The notes under the pieces: model-generated
What the model saw: only the letters and a program-made list of their open reading frames with translations
What the model was told of the DNA's origin: nothing
Databases searched by the model: none
Translations under genes and position numbers: made by a program
DNA from: Moniliella sp. 'wahieum'
Taxonomy: Eukaryota
Direction: 5' to 3'
Assembly: GCA_003971905.1 (NCBI GenBank)
Contig: RSEE01000004.1
Location: 992,001-1,056,000 of the forward strand
Length of the DNA stretch: 64,000 nt
In this document: one piece after another, positions 12,149-25,591 of the stretch
Layout of the letters: each line of letters begins with the position of its first letter
Numbering within the stretch: position 1 is the first letter of the stretch

Positions 12149-14297
12149 CTAAAGAAGCAAGCTGCTGATCAGGAGAAGGGGCAGTCCAAGGCCCGCAGTC
12201 CAGGAGACGGACGACGCCAGAGTCGCGCCACTCTTGTGGCCTTTGGACCCATCCTTGGACCCGGACGAACTGCCCGGCGAGCCCTGGGACGATGCGGGAA
12301 CACTCGCTCCGGTACCAGTGTAGATGGTGGGCGCATGGCTGTACTTGGTGTTGTTGCTGCCGGGCAGGCAGGGGGGCAAGTGCACTGCCAATGGCCGGGG
12401 TGATGGGAACCACACCAGCCTGGGCCATGTCCACCCCAACCGAAATAAACTTGCCCTGAGACGGCACCCCGCCAATCGTGACAAAGAGCAGAGCCGGACC
12501 CGGGGTGATTAGATTCGGGTTAGGCGGCAACGGGTTGACGGTGTAGACCACACTGCCATCATCCTGAACGGCATAGGTGTTTTCCAATTGGAGAGATCGC
12601 TGGCCCATGTTCATCGCATGGGTTGCAAAGCCGGGGCGAATGACCATGAATTTGGTAGAGGCAGCGAGCTCGTTGGAGGATTGGTTAAAGTACGAAGCCG
12701 GAACAGTCACGTTGAAGGAGGAACCGCCGTAGGGGATCATATCCGGCAAGCCCTGGGGCTCGGGCCGAGGGGCAAAGTAGTCCGGGTACCAGCGCTCCAA
12801 AACATATGTCGTGTTGTAACCCGACGGCGAGGAGCTGAGGGGCATGCTCAGGCTCACGTCCTGGTGTGGGTTGCTTCCTCCAACGAGGACCGACCCATCA
12901 GGGATGAGAATCGCGGTGGAGTGATACAAGCGGGCATAGGGAGAAGCACCGAAGTTGGCACTAGTAAAGCGTTGACCCTTAGGCGCATCGGGGTTGTACA
13001 AGACAGGGGTTGTTGTCGGGCCAGAGGAGAAGCCCTCCAAATTGACAGTCTTTCCATGAAGCTTGATGGTGTTCCAGGTGGTGTTACCGTACCCTGCTGT
13101 GCCGTTCTCGGCACCATTGACGATCAGCATCTGCCCCGTGGGCAGGTGAATGAACTCGCCCATGGTCCGGCCCTGAGGGAGCGCATCGTCTTGCACGAAT
13201 TGGGGGTTGGCAACTGCCGAGCCATCCGCATTTTCTGGTTGAATCGAGGCGCAGTTGGTTGAGGCTGGCGTCTCGTACATGTTGACGTTGGGTGCTGTGT
13301 AGTTACCCCAATCGTTGTCGTTCTCCAGCACAGTGCCGCCACAGAAGAGAATTTCCGGGGTGTATTTGTTGGCCGGCGTGAGCGGCTTCATGGCAGTCGC
13401 TGCCGACGCAGGATACACACGCACCACTCCGCCGGGCGTGTCGGGCAAAGGAGTTTCGACATTTTGGTTGTGGTCCCAGATAATGTTGGAGGTGTTGGCA
13501 TTCATAAAGATCTTGCCGCTTGGCAGGAGGAACATATGGGGGTACATGTTGAGTCCGCTGGTGGTTGTCATGAATTTGGACATTTGCATACCAGCATACG
13601 ATCCCTGTGCGGTAATGTTGGTGCGGTTAGGGAAGTACTCGTAGGTTGGATTGGCACCACCCATAGCGATGTTGGTGATCGAGCCACCCCCACTGGCAGT
13701 TGCGAATGTAGGGTCGGTGTTGGGCGTGTTGCGGTTAATGTACCCGCCTGACGTAGCACCCCAACAATGACAGCCTCACCCGAAGCAATCGTCTCAACGG
13801 TTGGGTACCAGCGAGGGCTGTTCATTCAATGTGACCATCATCATCCCAGTTGAGTGCGCTGTCCTTAACACCTTGAATGTCGAGGAAGCGGATGGCCTTG
13901 CGGCCATCCTCGTCCATGTACGGGTTGGCCGTGCCAGCCAAGGCAGCACCGCCGTATTGGACGGCCTGGTTGCCTCCGACAACGATCCAGGTGCCGTTGG
14001 GCATTGTCGCGCCAGCGGCACAGAAGGTGTTGGTGTTGACATCAACGGCGCGAGCTGAGCCGTCAGTGAGGTCAATAAGCGATCCCCAGACAGGCTTGCC
14101 ACTGGGCAGCTTGGTTGGGTTGCCCTCGACCTTGTCTAGGACGAAGGCAGTGTTGTTGTCAACGAGGCCGAGCATCATTGCGGAGGCGAGGGAATCCTTG
14201 GTAAGACATCGTATGTCAGCGGCGAGCCAGCTTGCGCCGCCGTAGGGCCCAGGGCGGCGGCAGCGGCAAGCGCGATGGAGGCAGCCGGGAGCAGCAT
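12149..14297 (-). CDS. Copper radical oxidase (glyoxal oxidase, CAZy AA5_1) with signal peptide and a C-terminal GPI-like hydrophobic tail; indel frameshifts
   Basis: N-terminal MLLPAASIALAAAAALG; NTFCAAG (Cys), PRWYPTVETI, MYPHMFLLPSG, RVYPASA (Tyr), RLYHS (Tyr-His), GSNP, FATHAMNMGQR (His); Ser/Gly linker then LGLPLLLISSLLL*. Confidence 0.92.
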
Positions 14298-14557
14298 GAC
14301 GGTGGCGAGGTGGGAGGACCGGGGCGGGGGGTGGGGTGGGTGGAGAAGAGAAGGGGCACCCCGACGGCGGCAGAGATGGGAAGGCCAGGGCGCCTCAATA
14401 GCGCTCGCCCTATCCATCTCGCGGTGGGCATAATGCGGCTGTGTGCGTAGTCTGCTGCTGCCTGCCCTGCCGCTGCACTGCTCGGGACTCCGTACACCAC
14501 CCAGCACACACTCGGCAGGCGCTGCTGCTCCTCAGCAGACGCCGAGCGGCGCTGGCC

Positions 14558-14587
14558 GGCAGGCTGCGGCAGGCTGCGGCAGGCTGC
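14558..14587. repeat. 10-bp tandem repeat (GGCAGGCTGC)x3
   Basis: Three exact copies read directly; each contains the interrupted palindrome GCAG-G-CTGC. Confidence 0.85.
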
Positions 14588-14959
14588 GCCGCTGCTCTGA
14601 ATCTGACATCTGACGCGTGACGTGTGACGAGCACAAGGCACACCCAGCGCTGCCTGCCTGCCGCCTGCCGCCCTCCGGCATTCGCTGCGTGGTGCACCCG
14701 GTGCGCCCGCCTCCGATCCGCCGATCCTGGCAGCATCGCGCCAGTGTATCCGCCCCCCGCCCTGCACGGGGTGGGTGGGTCCTTCGATACAGACGCACAG
14801 AAGCACTAGTCATCTTCGCACTCATCGCAAGCCCCATCCGCTCTGCTCCGCCCGGGGTCGCATGGCTGGGGGCACGGAACGCAACATAAAATACACACTG
14901 CTGCCCCGCCTCGCGCCCGAGCAGGAAAATTTGAACCTCCAAATTAGGCTGAAGATCTT

Positions 14960-15835
14960 GAGAGCGTGATTAATGATTGTCGTGAGCGTGATTAACGTGA
15001 TTGAATACTAAATTGACAAGCTAGTCACTCTAGTCACTGTGATACGCGAACGCGATGCATGTGTGACGGGCTCGTCATGCAACGCGTGGTTGTCACGTGC
15101 CATGTTGCTCTGCCTTGCGCAGCAGGCTGCTAAGCCTGCTAAGTTAGCGCTAAGGCTTAGCTTTTAGCGCTAAAAACGCTAAAAGAGTGCGAAGCGCTGG
15201 TATAAGCTCTGGGGAGGGCTGAGGCTGAGGCCTGAGGAGCTGAGGCACAGTACTGCGGCCTACTGCGACCCAATACTCAGTATTATGCCGCGTCGCTGGC
15301 CGCCACCCGTAATCTGGCCGCCCTGCCGTGTCGCTGCTATGGCTGCAGAGCATGTCATGCATCATGCATCATGTCAGTACGACTGATGCTTCCTGTTGCT
15401 CGAAGCAATGTAGCGTTTGTACACAGCCTCCAGCTTGAACAGCTTGAACACGCGACGCTGCATCCCCACAGCGCCGGTCTCGGCAAGAGCTTAGGTAGTA
15501 AGTGATGGTGCAGCATGCTTCGGCGCTTCGGCTTGGAGCAGCTTCAAGCTCTTCAAGGTTCAACGTACTCAACGTTCATACACATCCTGCGTCCCGTTGC
15601 AGTATTCTCACACACACTTGCGCCAGTTGGTACCTCAGCGCCTCAGCTAGCATTCCTGCGTTCAGGCCGAGCGAGCGATCTTCGGCTCCTCGCTTGCAAA
15701 GGCCAGCAACCAACAGTGTGACCTTCTGTGGCGTGGGTGGACGCTTGCATCGCATGTCACATGCTTCACATGCATCACCCAGCCTCGGGCATCGATCACC
15801 ATGCACATCATGCATCATGCATCATGATCGCTGCA
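14960..15835. repeat. Cluster of 7-bp-period A-NNNN-T palindrome arrays upstream of glyoxal oxidase
   Basis: ATTAAT ~14969; TTTTAGCGCTAAAA 15162-15175; TGAGGCCTGAGG ~15226-15237; ATGCAT-C-ATGCAT ~15357-15369 and 15810-15822; ATGTCACATG ~15754. Confidence 0.8.
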
Positions 15836-18800
15836 TGGCACCTCTCTTCTGCTGCGCCCTTCGGTCTTTTGCGCTCCGCTAGGCGTCGCTCCGGCTTTGC
15901 ATGCCACTGCGCCAGAGCCAGCGCGAACAGCTCGCGGACCAACCCCAAGCTGAGGTATGTAGATGTGTATTTGGGCGTTGGGGCGCTTAGGCTCCCCTTC
16001 CCACGCGTGTCCTGCCACGCGAGGCCGCACGTGACGCCCAATCCATAAGAAAAGAAAAGAGTGTGGTGTCTTCGCATGCCACGGTCCTCTCTTTGCCTAA
16101 CAGCAGTAGGCAGACCCACTCTCTATGCCTCGTGGATTCTATTGCCCTCTCAGATCTCAAAACTCCCAGAGGCCTCCGTTGTTTTGTCCTCACCGCCTCG
16201 TCTGTCTCTTGCATTTTTTGCTCCGGTAGAGAGAAAGAAAAATAAGTGAGAGATTCCGATCCTAGTATTGAGCTGCTCCTACATATCCAGTAGGCTCGAG
16301 CATTATATCGTAGTGTAGTCATGCTGTGGGGGCTCTGGGCGCTCCACCTCACCGTTCCTTCTCGCAACCAATTTTCCTTTCTTGCCTTGCTTGCGGCCCT
16401 CTGAATTAAGGGTCTCGCACACATACCCACCCAGGCTGTGCTAGACCAACACAGTTCTCCACATCTTCCCTGACCCGCCTGACCCCCTGACCCCTTTGTG
16501 TGTATTTTCTCTCTCTCATCACACGTTGTTTAGCGTGTGGTTGCGTCTCCATTTCCTCTGGTATGATAAAAGGCATCATTCAAGTATCCGGCCTGAATGA
16601 ATATCAACGTGCAACGACATCCAAAGCAATACCCCCCTCACTCTCAGCGTCCCTCAAGTCGTTAGGCGACCCTGTGGCCAATAAGCGAGGTATGGGTTCA
16701 ATTCGCATTCGAGCGCTATGGTGAAATCCTCGTCATAGTTATTCCTCCAATTAGCAATGTATCAGAGAAACAGGATCAGCAAAGTATAGGGTGAGAAGAT
16801 CGGTCTGCTGTGCTCACATGGAGGACCGTGTTAACAGACATCCAGGTCCGCGCCCCCATATCCTCCCCCATCTCGTCCCACACTTTGGGGCGATTATGGA
16901 ATGGATACGTACTCCATTTGGTAGTACTATTCTTGGATGATCCTGTGTGTCCATCATCTCTCCGTTCTGCCTCTCGTCTTTGTACAAAGGCCATCTTTCG
17001 CGCCATCGGCACATCGTTTAAAGCCGGCATCACTTCAGTTACCGTGCCCTTTTGTCCTTATACACGGTATATTATTCCGGGAAAGGCGGGATCCATCTGC
17101 CTGATGAAGCACCAATCAACTCATCTTATCGGCATCTCTCGATTCAGTGAAAGCTCATGACCACAGCATTGGTGGCTATGGCGGCTATAACAGTAAGACT
17201 GGACTATTACAGCTGAGTGTTGTGCATGTGCACGTCATATGATGTGTCGTAGCATTTCCTTTTTGTTGTGAGCAAAGCAAAGAAGGAAGTAGCGAGACCG
17301 TGGCCATGAGATGGGCCCGGGTGCATGGGCACAAGAAGAGAGGGGGGGGGTTCAGCAGAATGGGGCACCGCGTGGCACAATGTTTGCTATATAGTGACTG
17401 CCTAGTGTACGTGTGAACAGGGCTATAATGTTGGGAGGTGGTGCCAAATGGATTAACTAGGAAGCTGTAAAGAACCATCCTAATCGACTGTGGGATAGTA
17501 TCTGGTGCCTTCATACCCTCCATTCAATAGAATCGTCCTATCAAAAATTCATTGGCAGGTGCCACTTAACGACAGACTTCGTCTCCACAACCTGATCGCG
17601 CGTACATACGCGCCCCAGCTTGTCGAAGTCGCACCAAGCGTCAATGTATCGTCGATTCAGTCTCACTCTCCTTTGTTTGATCAAAACTACACGCAATCGC
17701 TTCCACAAAAAGTCCAATGTATTTGACTATGAACGAATCGCTGTGGCACAGCCGTTAGTTCAAAACAAATCGACCCTCTCTTCCACTCTGAGAGAAACAC
17801 GAAGACAAGGTGTGAACCGCCAATTCGCATGACATTTCTCCTTTATTTTGTTCGGATGCGCCTCGTCCCCCAGCTCGCAAAGAACTGTGCGAATTGAAGA
17901 ATTTAGAGGGTGCGTATCGACCACAGTCTGTGCATTTGCCCATCGCCGTGCAGAAATATATAGGTGTACTGCGAAATGTTTTAGATCATAGAAGAAAACA
18001 GGGTCAGGCTCGACGATCTCATAGGGCCAACTACTGATGAGAGTTGGGGGGTCGAGGGTGACGCTATCGCACTGGTGGTGGTTACGATTAAGCCGGCCAG
18101 CAATGCCTGTAGTGGAGCTTGACATCAAGCAGCGAGTCGTCACCAAGGGCTAAGCTGCCGAACGAAGAAAACACAGGAGAGAGAAAACAAGGAAACTCCT
18201 AGGCATGAGGAGAGGAACTGTCGGGGCGTTGGCCAAAGCACGAACTACTCTCCAGTGTCTCACCAGCAGTCAACAAGCGTCACTCGCGTCACGTTGCCAT
18301 TACACACAGGACTATGACCCCCACAGTTATATTCTCCCGAAGCACAGGCCAACATCGGCATGTGACCATCATCGCTCTTCCTCTGAGTGAAGTCTTGTTA
18401 GTTAATGACGTGGTCACCGCGTAGCACTGCGAAAGCTTCTGGGCTAAGAGAGATAATGGACCGTCCAATGGCCTGCTCCACATAAGGATCATCCACAGAG
18501 GTTCAACATCGGGCGGCCCCACGAGAAGTTTTGAGCGTTGGCCTCTCCATCGTTGCCAACTCTCACTGGCAGTTTTGGCATATAATACAAAAAACTTTTT
18601 TAGATGTCTGCATCTAACCAAAAACCCTTTGGTATATTCACGGGTCGTCGACGACCTAGGTGCCACTTTGTGACGATGTAACTACTGCATTCATACTGTT
18701 TTCGAAATTCGCGACATGGACAGAAACGCTGGACCCATACCGGAGGGGTTAATTGCTCATCCACCGGCGTATGTGCGTGTATTGTCCAACTCAATCAACA

Positions 18801-19859
18801 AGAAAAGCAAAAGTGGAGTCTCGTCAGACAGCCACAGAACACGCTCTGCCTCACGCCATTGGCTTCCACACTGGATGTAGCGCCAGGGGACACGAATGTG
18901 CTTGCGCGTAGTACTTGTGAGTGATTCATCGTATTCATCCATCCGTAATGATCAGGACTCTTCGGCCCGCTCATCCCCCAGTGCTCAACCATCTTCTTTT
19001 GTGGCAATCGTGCTGGCATGCTGTTGGGACGCTAGTGCCGTGTCAAGAGCATAGCCGGACTCTGGCGCTCCAGAAGCCACTTCCACCCAGCAGCTATAGC
19101 TCCCTTCGTTCCACCCGGGCGGAAGTTTATAGCAGTCCGACGTGCCTCTCCTTCTTGAAGCTTCGTCAGTCTCGTACCTTAGTAGTCTTCTCTCTCTTCC
19201 ACTCCCTCATCCTCCCTCTCGCTACTCTCTACTTTCGCACACCAGCAATCAATCCCTATCGTCTATTGACCTTCCGTTCTTGGCTGCCGTTTTCCCTTCC
19301 CTCAATTCACAAGGGAGGTTGGAGGGGATCTATGGTTACCGCGGTTATTGCGTCATGCTTGTACGCCAGGCGCTGAGGACGGAAACACTGCGCCCCAGCC
19401 GCTGGGGGAGGTGCTTACGTAACAGCGGCAATGTTGCACCTGCCTGGACTGCTGGCAAAGCCCATGAACGAATCATCCATCGATCGAAGCGCAGGCCGGA
19501 GGGGTGGTATCGATCCAGCCTGGGGAACGGCGGAAACAGACGCAAGCATGGCGGGCGCTGTTTTCAGCACACACCCAATCTCTTGCGGCTGGTTGCTGGC
19601 CGACACGAGGCCCAGCTACCGTCTTGCGGCCGCGCATCTCAATGTTCGCGGGTGAATTCATTGCATGTGGGCTGCCCAGACTGACGTAGATGAAGAATTT
19701 GGGCCGGCGCCTGGTACGCAACACTGGCGCTGTGCCCAAAAGGCAGAAGGCCAGTGTGCTTTTCTTGTTTTTTTCCCCTGCCTTCGCGCTGCCGACGCTG
19801 GCGGGGCGCAACCGAAGCTGTATCTGCCCACCACCACTACCACCACCACCACCACCACG

Positions 19860-22800
19860 ATGCCCGCCTCTGCTCCTCGGCCCATGTCCATGTGGGCTGG
19901 CGAGCACCCCAGCCGCGATCGTGCTCATGCCGCTTCACTGAACGCCAGCGCCACCTCCAACACCGCCACCCCCCACCGGCGAGGGACTGCTCTCCAGCGT
20001 CTCCCGCCTTTTGCCCCGCCCCCTCAGTTGGTTCGCCCGCTCCCCTGCTCCCGGAGATTCTTCCAACGTAACTGCCGACGGGGACTCGTATGCGGCCAAC
20101 GCATCAGATCGGCTCGCCCCTCCCTCCCGTGCGTTGGCGCCCAGTCGCCGCCAGACGCCGCGCCTGCGCCAGCGGACCCGGGCGCGCGTTCTCCACGCCC
20201 GCGATCCTCCGCTTCTCCCGCCATCTCTCCCCGTCCAAGTCGCCTGCGCGTGCCTGGTTCATACGAGCCAAACGATGTGCTTTCTCCCCAAGTTGGCGCT
20301 CCTGCTTCGCCACATCTACTGCCCAGCCTGGCTGCCCGCCCCCACCACACACCCAGTCGTCTGCGCCGCTCCTTTCTTGGTGACCACTCCATCACATTTG
20401 GCGCCTCGCCTGGGCTTCGCTTCCAGGGAGTCGCTCCAGCGGCCGACACTTCGCTTGCTCCCAGCACTGCGGCCGATGTCTCAATTTCCGTTTCCCGCCC
20501 CGCCGCATCCCCCAGCCCCCATCCAGCTTTAGGCAAGCACGTTCGGCAGCTGGATGAGGGCGGCGCCACCTCCCTCCTTTCAGGTTCGGGCAATGTTTCG
20601 GTACGCGGCTCCTCCCCCCCCCAGTGCGAACGGTTACTGACTTATATCATCTTCAGCAGGTCGGAGACAACCCACGAAAACGTCGGGCAGTCATGTGGGA
20701 CCCGAAGGAAGGTTTCCTTACCCCTGACGAGCATGGGGCAGTCCACCCACCAACGCCGGTGGCAAAGAACGAGGCCGAGAGGATCTTGCTGGCCTTGGAG
20801 CAAATCCAGAAGGACGCTCGTCCTCTCTCCCCCCCGCAAGTGGGGGACTGAACCGTCTTCTGGCCCCAGTCCCTGTGCCTATTCCTGCACCCGACCAGGT
20901 GCGCAAGGCGACGACCTCGGGCCAACAGCATGGCCCCGTACACCCGTATGGCGGCTCAGCAGGCAGAGCAACGCAGTGGCGCTGCTCGTGTTCCCCACTC
21001 GCTCCGTTCTCGCATTCGGCAGCAAGCGGAGCGTTCCGCGCGGCGGCGCAACCAACCTCATAGTACTGCACCGACTGAGGCGGACGCTAGCTCTGCTTCC
21101 GCATCCGAGGCTGAGGAACCAGAACAGGATGGTGCCGCGAAACGTCACCGGTCCTCCCCTAAGGCCGCTCCGCCCGCTAAGCGGCGGGCCTTGGCCCCAC
21201 CAGTCCCGACAATGACGGTGATGCCACCGAGAATGGAGAAGCCGATGTGACGAACGAATTGAACGACACTACAGCGCAAGACGTGTTCAAGGTGGTGGAG
21301 AGGGGCGCGGAGGGCACGTTCAAACCGTACCCAATTGCGGAAAGATGGTGACCGTGTCAGTCGGAAGAGCGGCCATGTGTCCGTTCGGCCTTCGCAACGT
21401 ACCAAACCTGGGAATCGGATTCGAGTCGAAAGCGATTCAGACGAGGAGGCCGAGGTCGAGAAGGCGAAGACCATTAAAGCGATTCAATCGGTTTCCATTG
21501 CACTCCATTTCCCAGCTGGGTTCAAGTTTGGCGCGGCACTCGGAACCAAGTCGGATGTTCGACCGCAGCCGGTCCGGCCCGGGACAGGCGCAGTCCGGCG
21601 TCCACAACCGCCCAAGCCGAGCAAAATCTCCTTCAACTGTCCCAGTCTCAATCTTCTCTCTCTGAGCCCCCCAGTCGCAGTCGCAGTCGCAGTCCCAACC
21701 CCAGTCTCAGTTTCAGCCTTCTTCTCAATTGGCATTGCCGGCCCCTCCATCTGCTTCCACCCCTGCCTCGTCAAAACCGGTTGAGCTTCAACCCACTGAC
21801 ATTCAAGAACCGCGAGGAAGAGAGCAAGTCGTCTGGTCCTTCGCTCTTGTCGCGCATGGGAGGCCCTCCAGCTGCCTCTAGTGAACCAGCGAAGCCCTCC
21901 TCAGCCTTTCAACCGTTTTCCTTCGCCCCACCCGCCAAGAAGGAGGAGCAGGTGAGAAGAAGCCTTCTGAACCAACTACGACACAGGCGAAAGAAAACCC
22001 CCCATCTTTCTTTGGTATTGCTGCTGGAGACAAGAAGGATAGCACGGCCAAGCCTTCGTTCAACTTCGGCGCAGCCGCTGCCACTTCCTCTGCTGTACCT
22101 GCCGATGCAAACAAGGCACCGGCTAAGCCCGCTTTTTCGTTTGCCACTCCCGCTTCCGCCGCCACTCCTGCGGCGTCTGAGACCAAACCTACCCCATCTT
22201 TTTCATTCGGTGCCAAGCCCGCCGACAAGCCAGCAGAACCAGCCAAACCCTCGTTTGCCTTCGGAGCCCCCAAGGTTTCTGAGGAGAAGAAGGATTCTCC
22301 AGCTCTTGCTCCTTCGCCTGCACCTATTGCCTTTGGCGTTCCGAAGACTACAGAAGAGAAGAAAGAAAACCCTCCTGCCTTTGCATTCGGTCTTCCTAAG
22401 CCAACCGATGAGAAGCAGAACGCCCCCTCTCCCTTTTCGTTTGGCAATAAGCCATCAGACAAGCCAGCCGATGCGCCCAAGCCAGCCTTTGCCTTTGGCG
22501 CGCCCAAGCCGGTTGAGGAGAAGAAGGACACACCGACTCCCTTGTTTGGAAACGACAAGAAAGATTCCGCAGTAAGCTCTGCGTCCCCTTCCACCCAGCC
22601 AACCCCTGCCCCTGCCCCTGCATTTGGGGGCGCTACAAGCCGGGTCTGTCGAATGGGACTGGATTTGGCTTTGGTTCGACTGCGTCCGCGCCCTTCGGAC
22701 AAAAGTCTAGTGCGGCCCCTTCGGAACCAGCCAAGCCGTCGTTTTCCTTTGGTCCACCCAAGACGGAAGAGGAAAAACCTGCAGGCAACACCTCCACCCC

Positions 22801-23869
22801 TGCGTTCAGCTTTGGGGGGGATGCGGCCAAACCTGCCGCAGCCGCATCGCCATTCACCTTCGGCCAGTCTTCGGAGAACAAGCCTGCTCAGGGTTCGGCG
22901 CCCGCCTTTTCATTTGGTTCTGGTGCCTCTACTCCCGCGTCGACCGACCAGGGCAGTAAGCCTACCTTTGCCTTTGGAGCTACAAATGAGACTAGCACCA
23001 AACGGCGCGCTGACGACGACAGCGAGCCACCAAGTAAGAAGCCATCCTTCTTTGGAGGTGCGACGGGTGGCTTGAATGCAGACAAGAGTGCCAAGCCGGC
23101 GTTTTCGTTTGGCGCAGCAGGAAGTGACGCCAAGCCGGCCAATGGCTCAGCCACTTCTAGTCCGGCTCCCACGTTTGCATTTGGTGCTCCCGCAGCGGCC
23201 CCACCTGCCTCCACGGGTGGGTTTGGTGGGTTTGGCTCTGGAACGGCTACGCCCACATTCAACATGGGCGCTGCTCCAAGCGCACCATCGGGGACCGGGA
23301 CGGGGACGGGCGCGTTCACCTTTGGTGCACCCGCGCCTTCAGCTCCCGCTGGGGGAGAGGCCAAGATGGACGATGCAACCAGCACGGCACCCAGCACGGT
23401 ACCCACCACTGGCTTCTCGTTTACAGGAACAACAGCTCCTTCCACCCCCCTTCACGTTTGGTGCCCCGGCGGCCGGTAGTGGTACGTCGACCCCTGGTGC
23501 GGGGACAGCGCCGACTTTTACGTTTGGTGCGCCCTCAGCAGCCCCTGCGTTTACATTTGGTGCACCTGCAAGCGCACCAGCGTCGTCCGCTGTCCCCAAT
23601 GGCGGTGCTTCGGCTCCCTTTACCTTTGGAGCGTCCAATCCGATCCCTGCGTCAAGCGCACCGGCACCATTCAGCTTTGGCGCCGGGGCCGGAGCTGGGG
23701 CTGCTGCACCGAATGGTGGAATGATGTTTGGCGGCGGTGGTGCGGCGCCCGCGCCCACGCCCGGCGCACCAACCTTCAACATTGGTGCTGGGCCCACTGG
23801 TCCGGCTGCGGCCACGCCCCGGGCGGACGGAGGATCCGAGGTCTGCCTTCTCGCGCGCGGCGTGCGTAA
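19860..23869 (+). CDS. FxFG-repeat nuclear-basket nucleoporin, Nup1/Nup153-like; many indel frameshifts
   Basis: Ser/Pro-rich N-terminal half with TPVAKNEAERILLALEQIQKDARP; dozens of FSFG/FAFG/FTFG repeats with Lys/Glu spacers; bipartite NLS-like KRRADDDSEPPSKK; basic C-terminus GRRIRGLPSRARRA* (TAA 23867-23869) typical of Nup1/Nup153. Confidence 0.8.
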
Positions 23870-24164
23870 GGGTGGTTGGTGTTTGACTCTACCGGTGTTG
23901 TTGTCACCGCTTTCTTCTGCCTCCCTTGTATCTTCCCCTTCGCGGTGGACCCAAACGATTTTAATTCTTTGGTTTTGCCCAGGCCGCACTGTTATTCGTT
24001 TGCTTTCAATTGGCGCCGAACTTACAAAGCCGTTCAATAGCTTAGAGAGAGGGGATGTCCAACGAACTTCGCCCATGGGCGCTAGAGGTAACTGGTGGAG
24101 TGGTATAGATTCCTGATGTGCTCTTTTTGGGTCTGGGGTCACAATGAAAGAGAAGGAGGTCGCT

Positions 24165-25150
24165 CTGATGATCGATGAAGCTTGAAGCTTGAAGCACAAG
24201 AGATAAACCCGATAAAGGTATTGTCCATAGTGGAGGGACTGTTGCCTTGTAACCCAACTGCTCTCTGCCGTAGCTAGCGAAGGTGAACACAGGATGAGAA
24301 ATGAGGCGTGAGGGAGAAGCCCGCGCAGGGGGGCATCGCGTTGTAATATACATCGTGTGCCATCCAGGCTAGGGGCCTGTGTACTGCGAAGACTCACAGC
24401 GCAGGCGTTAGCGCTTAGCCGTCGTCGTTCCCCACGGCACACGACCCTTTTCTGGAGACAATAGTAGAAGGATGAATCGATGAAGGGAATGAGTTTTGCT
24501 TCTGTGAGTAGTAGAGATAGTGAGTAATGCCTGTATACTAGGTGTCAGCGGCACCGATCCCTATCAACATTGGTGCAGATGATTGATGTGCGTGTGGGTT
24601 GCTGAGCGCTGATATACCGCCGGAACGAGATGCCCAAGATATAGATTAGGGCCAACAGGGTTTGGAGGGAAGAGATCCGGGTGGCATCTGAACTGAAAAT
24701 CTGTGAATATTTACAACGGCGCAAGCGGAGCCAAGACCGGGGTATGTATACAATAGCGAGCAACTGCTGTATGACTGGTGTGGCGCAATGATTAATGAGG
24801 CCCTGAGGCCTGAGGCTCAGGCCTGAGGGAGCCCGGCAGGGCCTCAGATCTAAGACGGAAGAAACAGACAAAGTGGATTCGCGATTCCAGTGGGGCGTTG
24901 GACTGGCGTTGTGGGAGGCTCGCATCCTCGAGAACCGATCATCGATCATCGACAGAATTCGCGGATGCGGACGTGAGGCAGTGCGCCCGTGCCGTTGAGA
25001 TTGGACCCCGGGATTGGGCCCCGCTTAGGGTGCTGCTTAGTACTAGACAAGCAGGCAGCAGAAGACTTGGCGCTACGCCTTAAGCTTTCAGCCACACGCG
25101 TGACATCATGCATTGCATCAACCACGTCAACGCGTCCACGTTCAACTAGC
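24165..25150. repeat. 7-bp-period palindrome arrays upstream of the amino-acid permease
   Basis: ATCGAT-G-AAGCTT-G-AAGCTT 24171-24190; ATTAAT 24791-24796; AGGCCT 24806-24811 and 24819-24824; AGATCT 24846-24851; ATC-ATCGAT-C-ATCGA ~24938-24952. Confidence 0.85.
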
Positions 25151-25591
25151 TAATACCGTTGTCTAGTGAATATATGGGTAGTGCCTTTCTTGGGATGCGT
25201 TTACACGCCCTCAGACGACGGCTCACGCATCGTGTTCATCCTAATGTTTACGTTTTTACCGAGCATCGAATTATATGCCTTCCTGCGGGAATAGAAGTAT
25301 GTAGTTTCCGTTGAGGTGGAGCGAAAGGCCGGGACGAGTGTGTGCCACCTTTCTTCCCCCGCAGGAGCACCAATGCATATCCACACCAATTATTCCCCTG
25401 TAGCACAACTATTCTCGTACGTTGATCTCCTGGGGGTCCGCTTCACCGGGGATTCACCGTAGCATCGCTGTTGTCCTTCCCTGCCAGGATATATATATTG
25501 GAGGGGCAACCCGCACCTTACTCCCCAAGCATAATTTCGCTCCAAGTTTGCTTTCACACCTCCCCACCACTGCCACAGTACATTCACCGGC

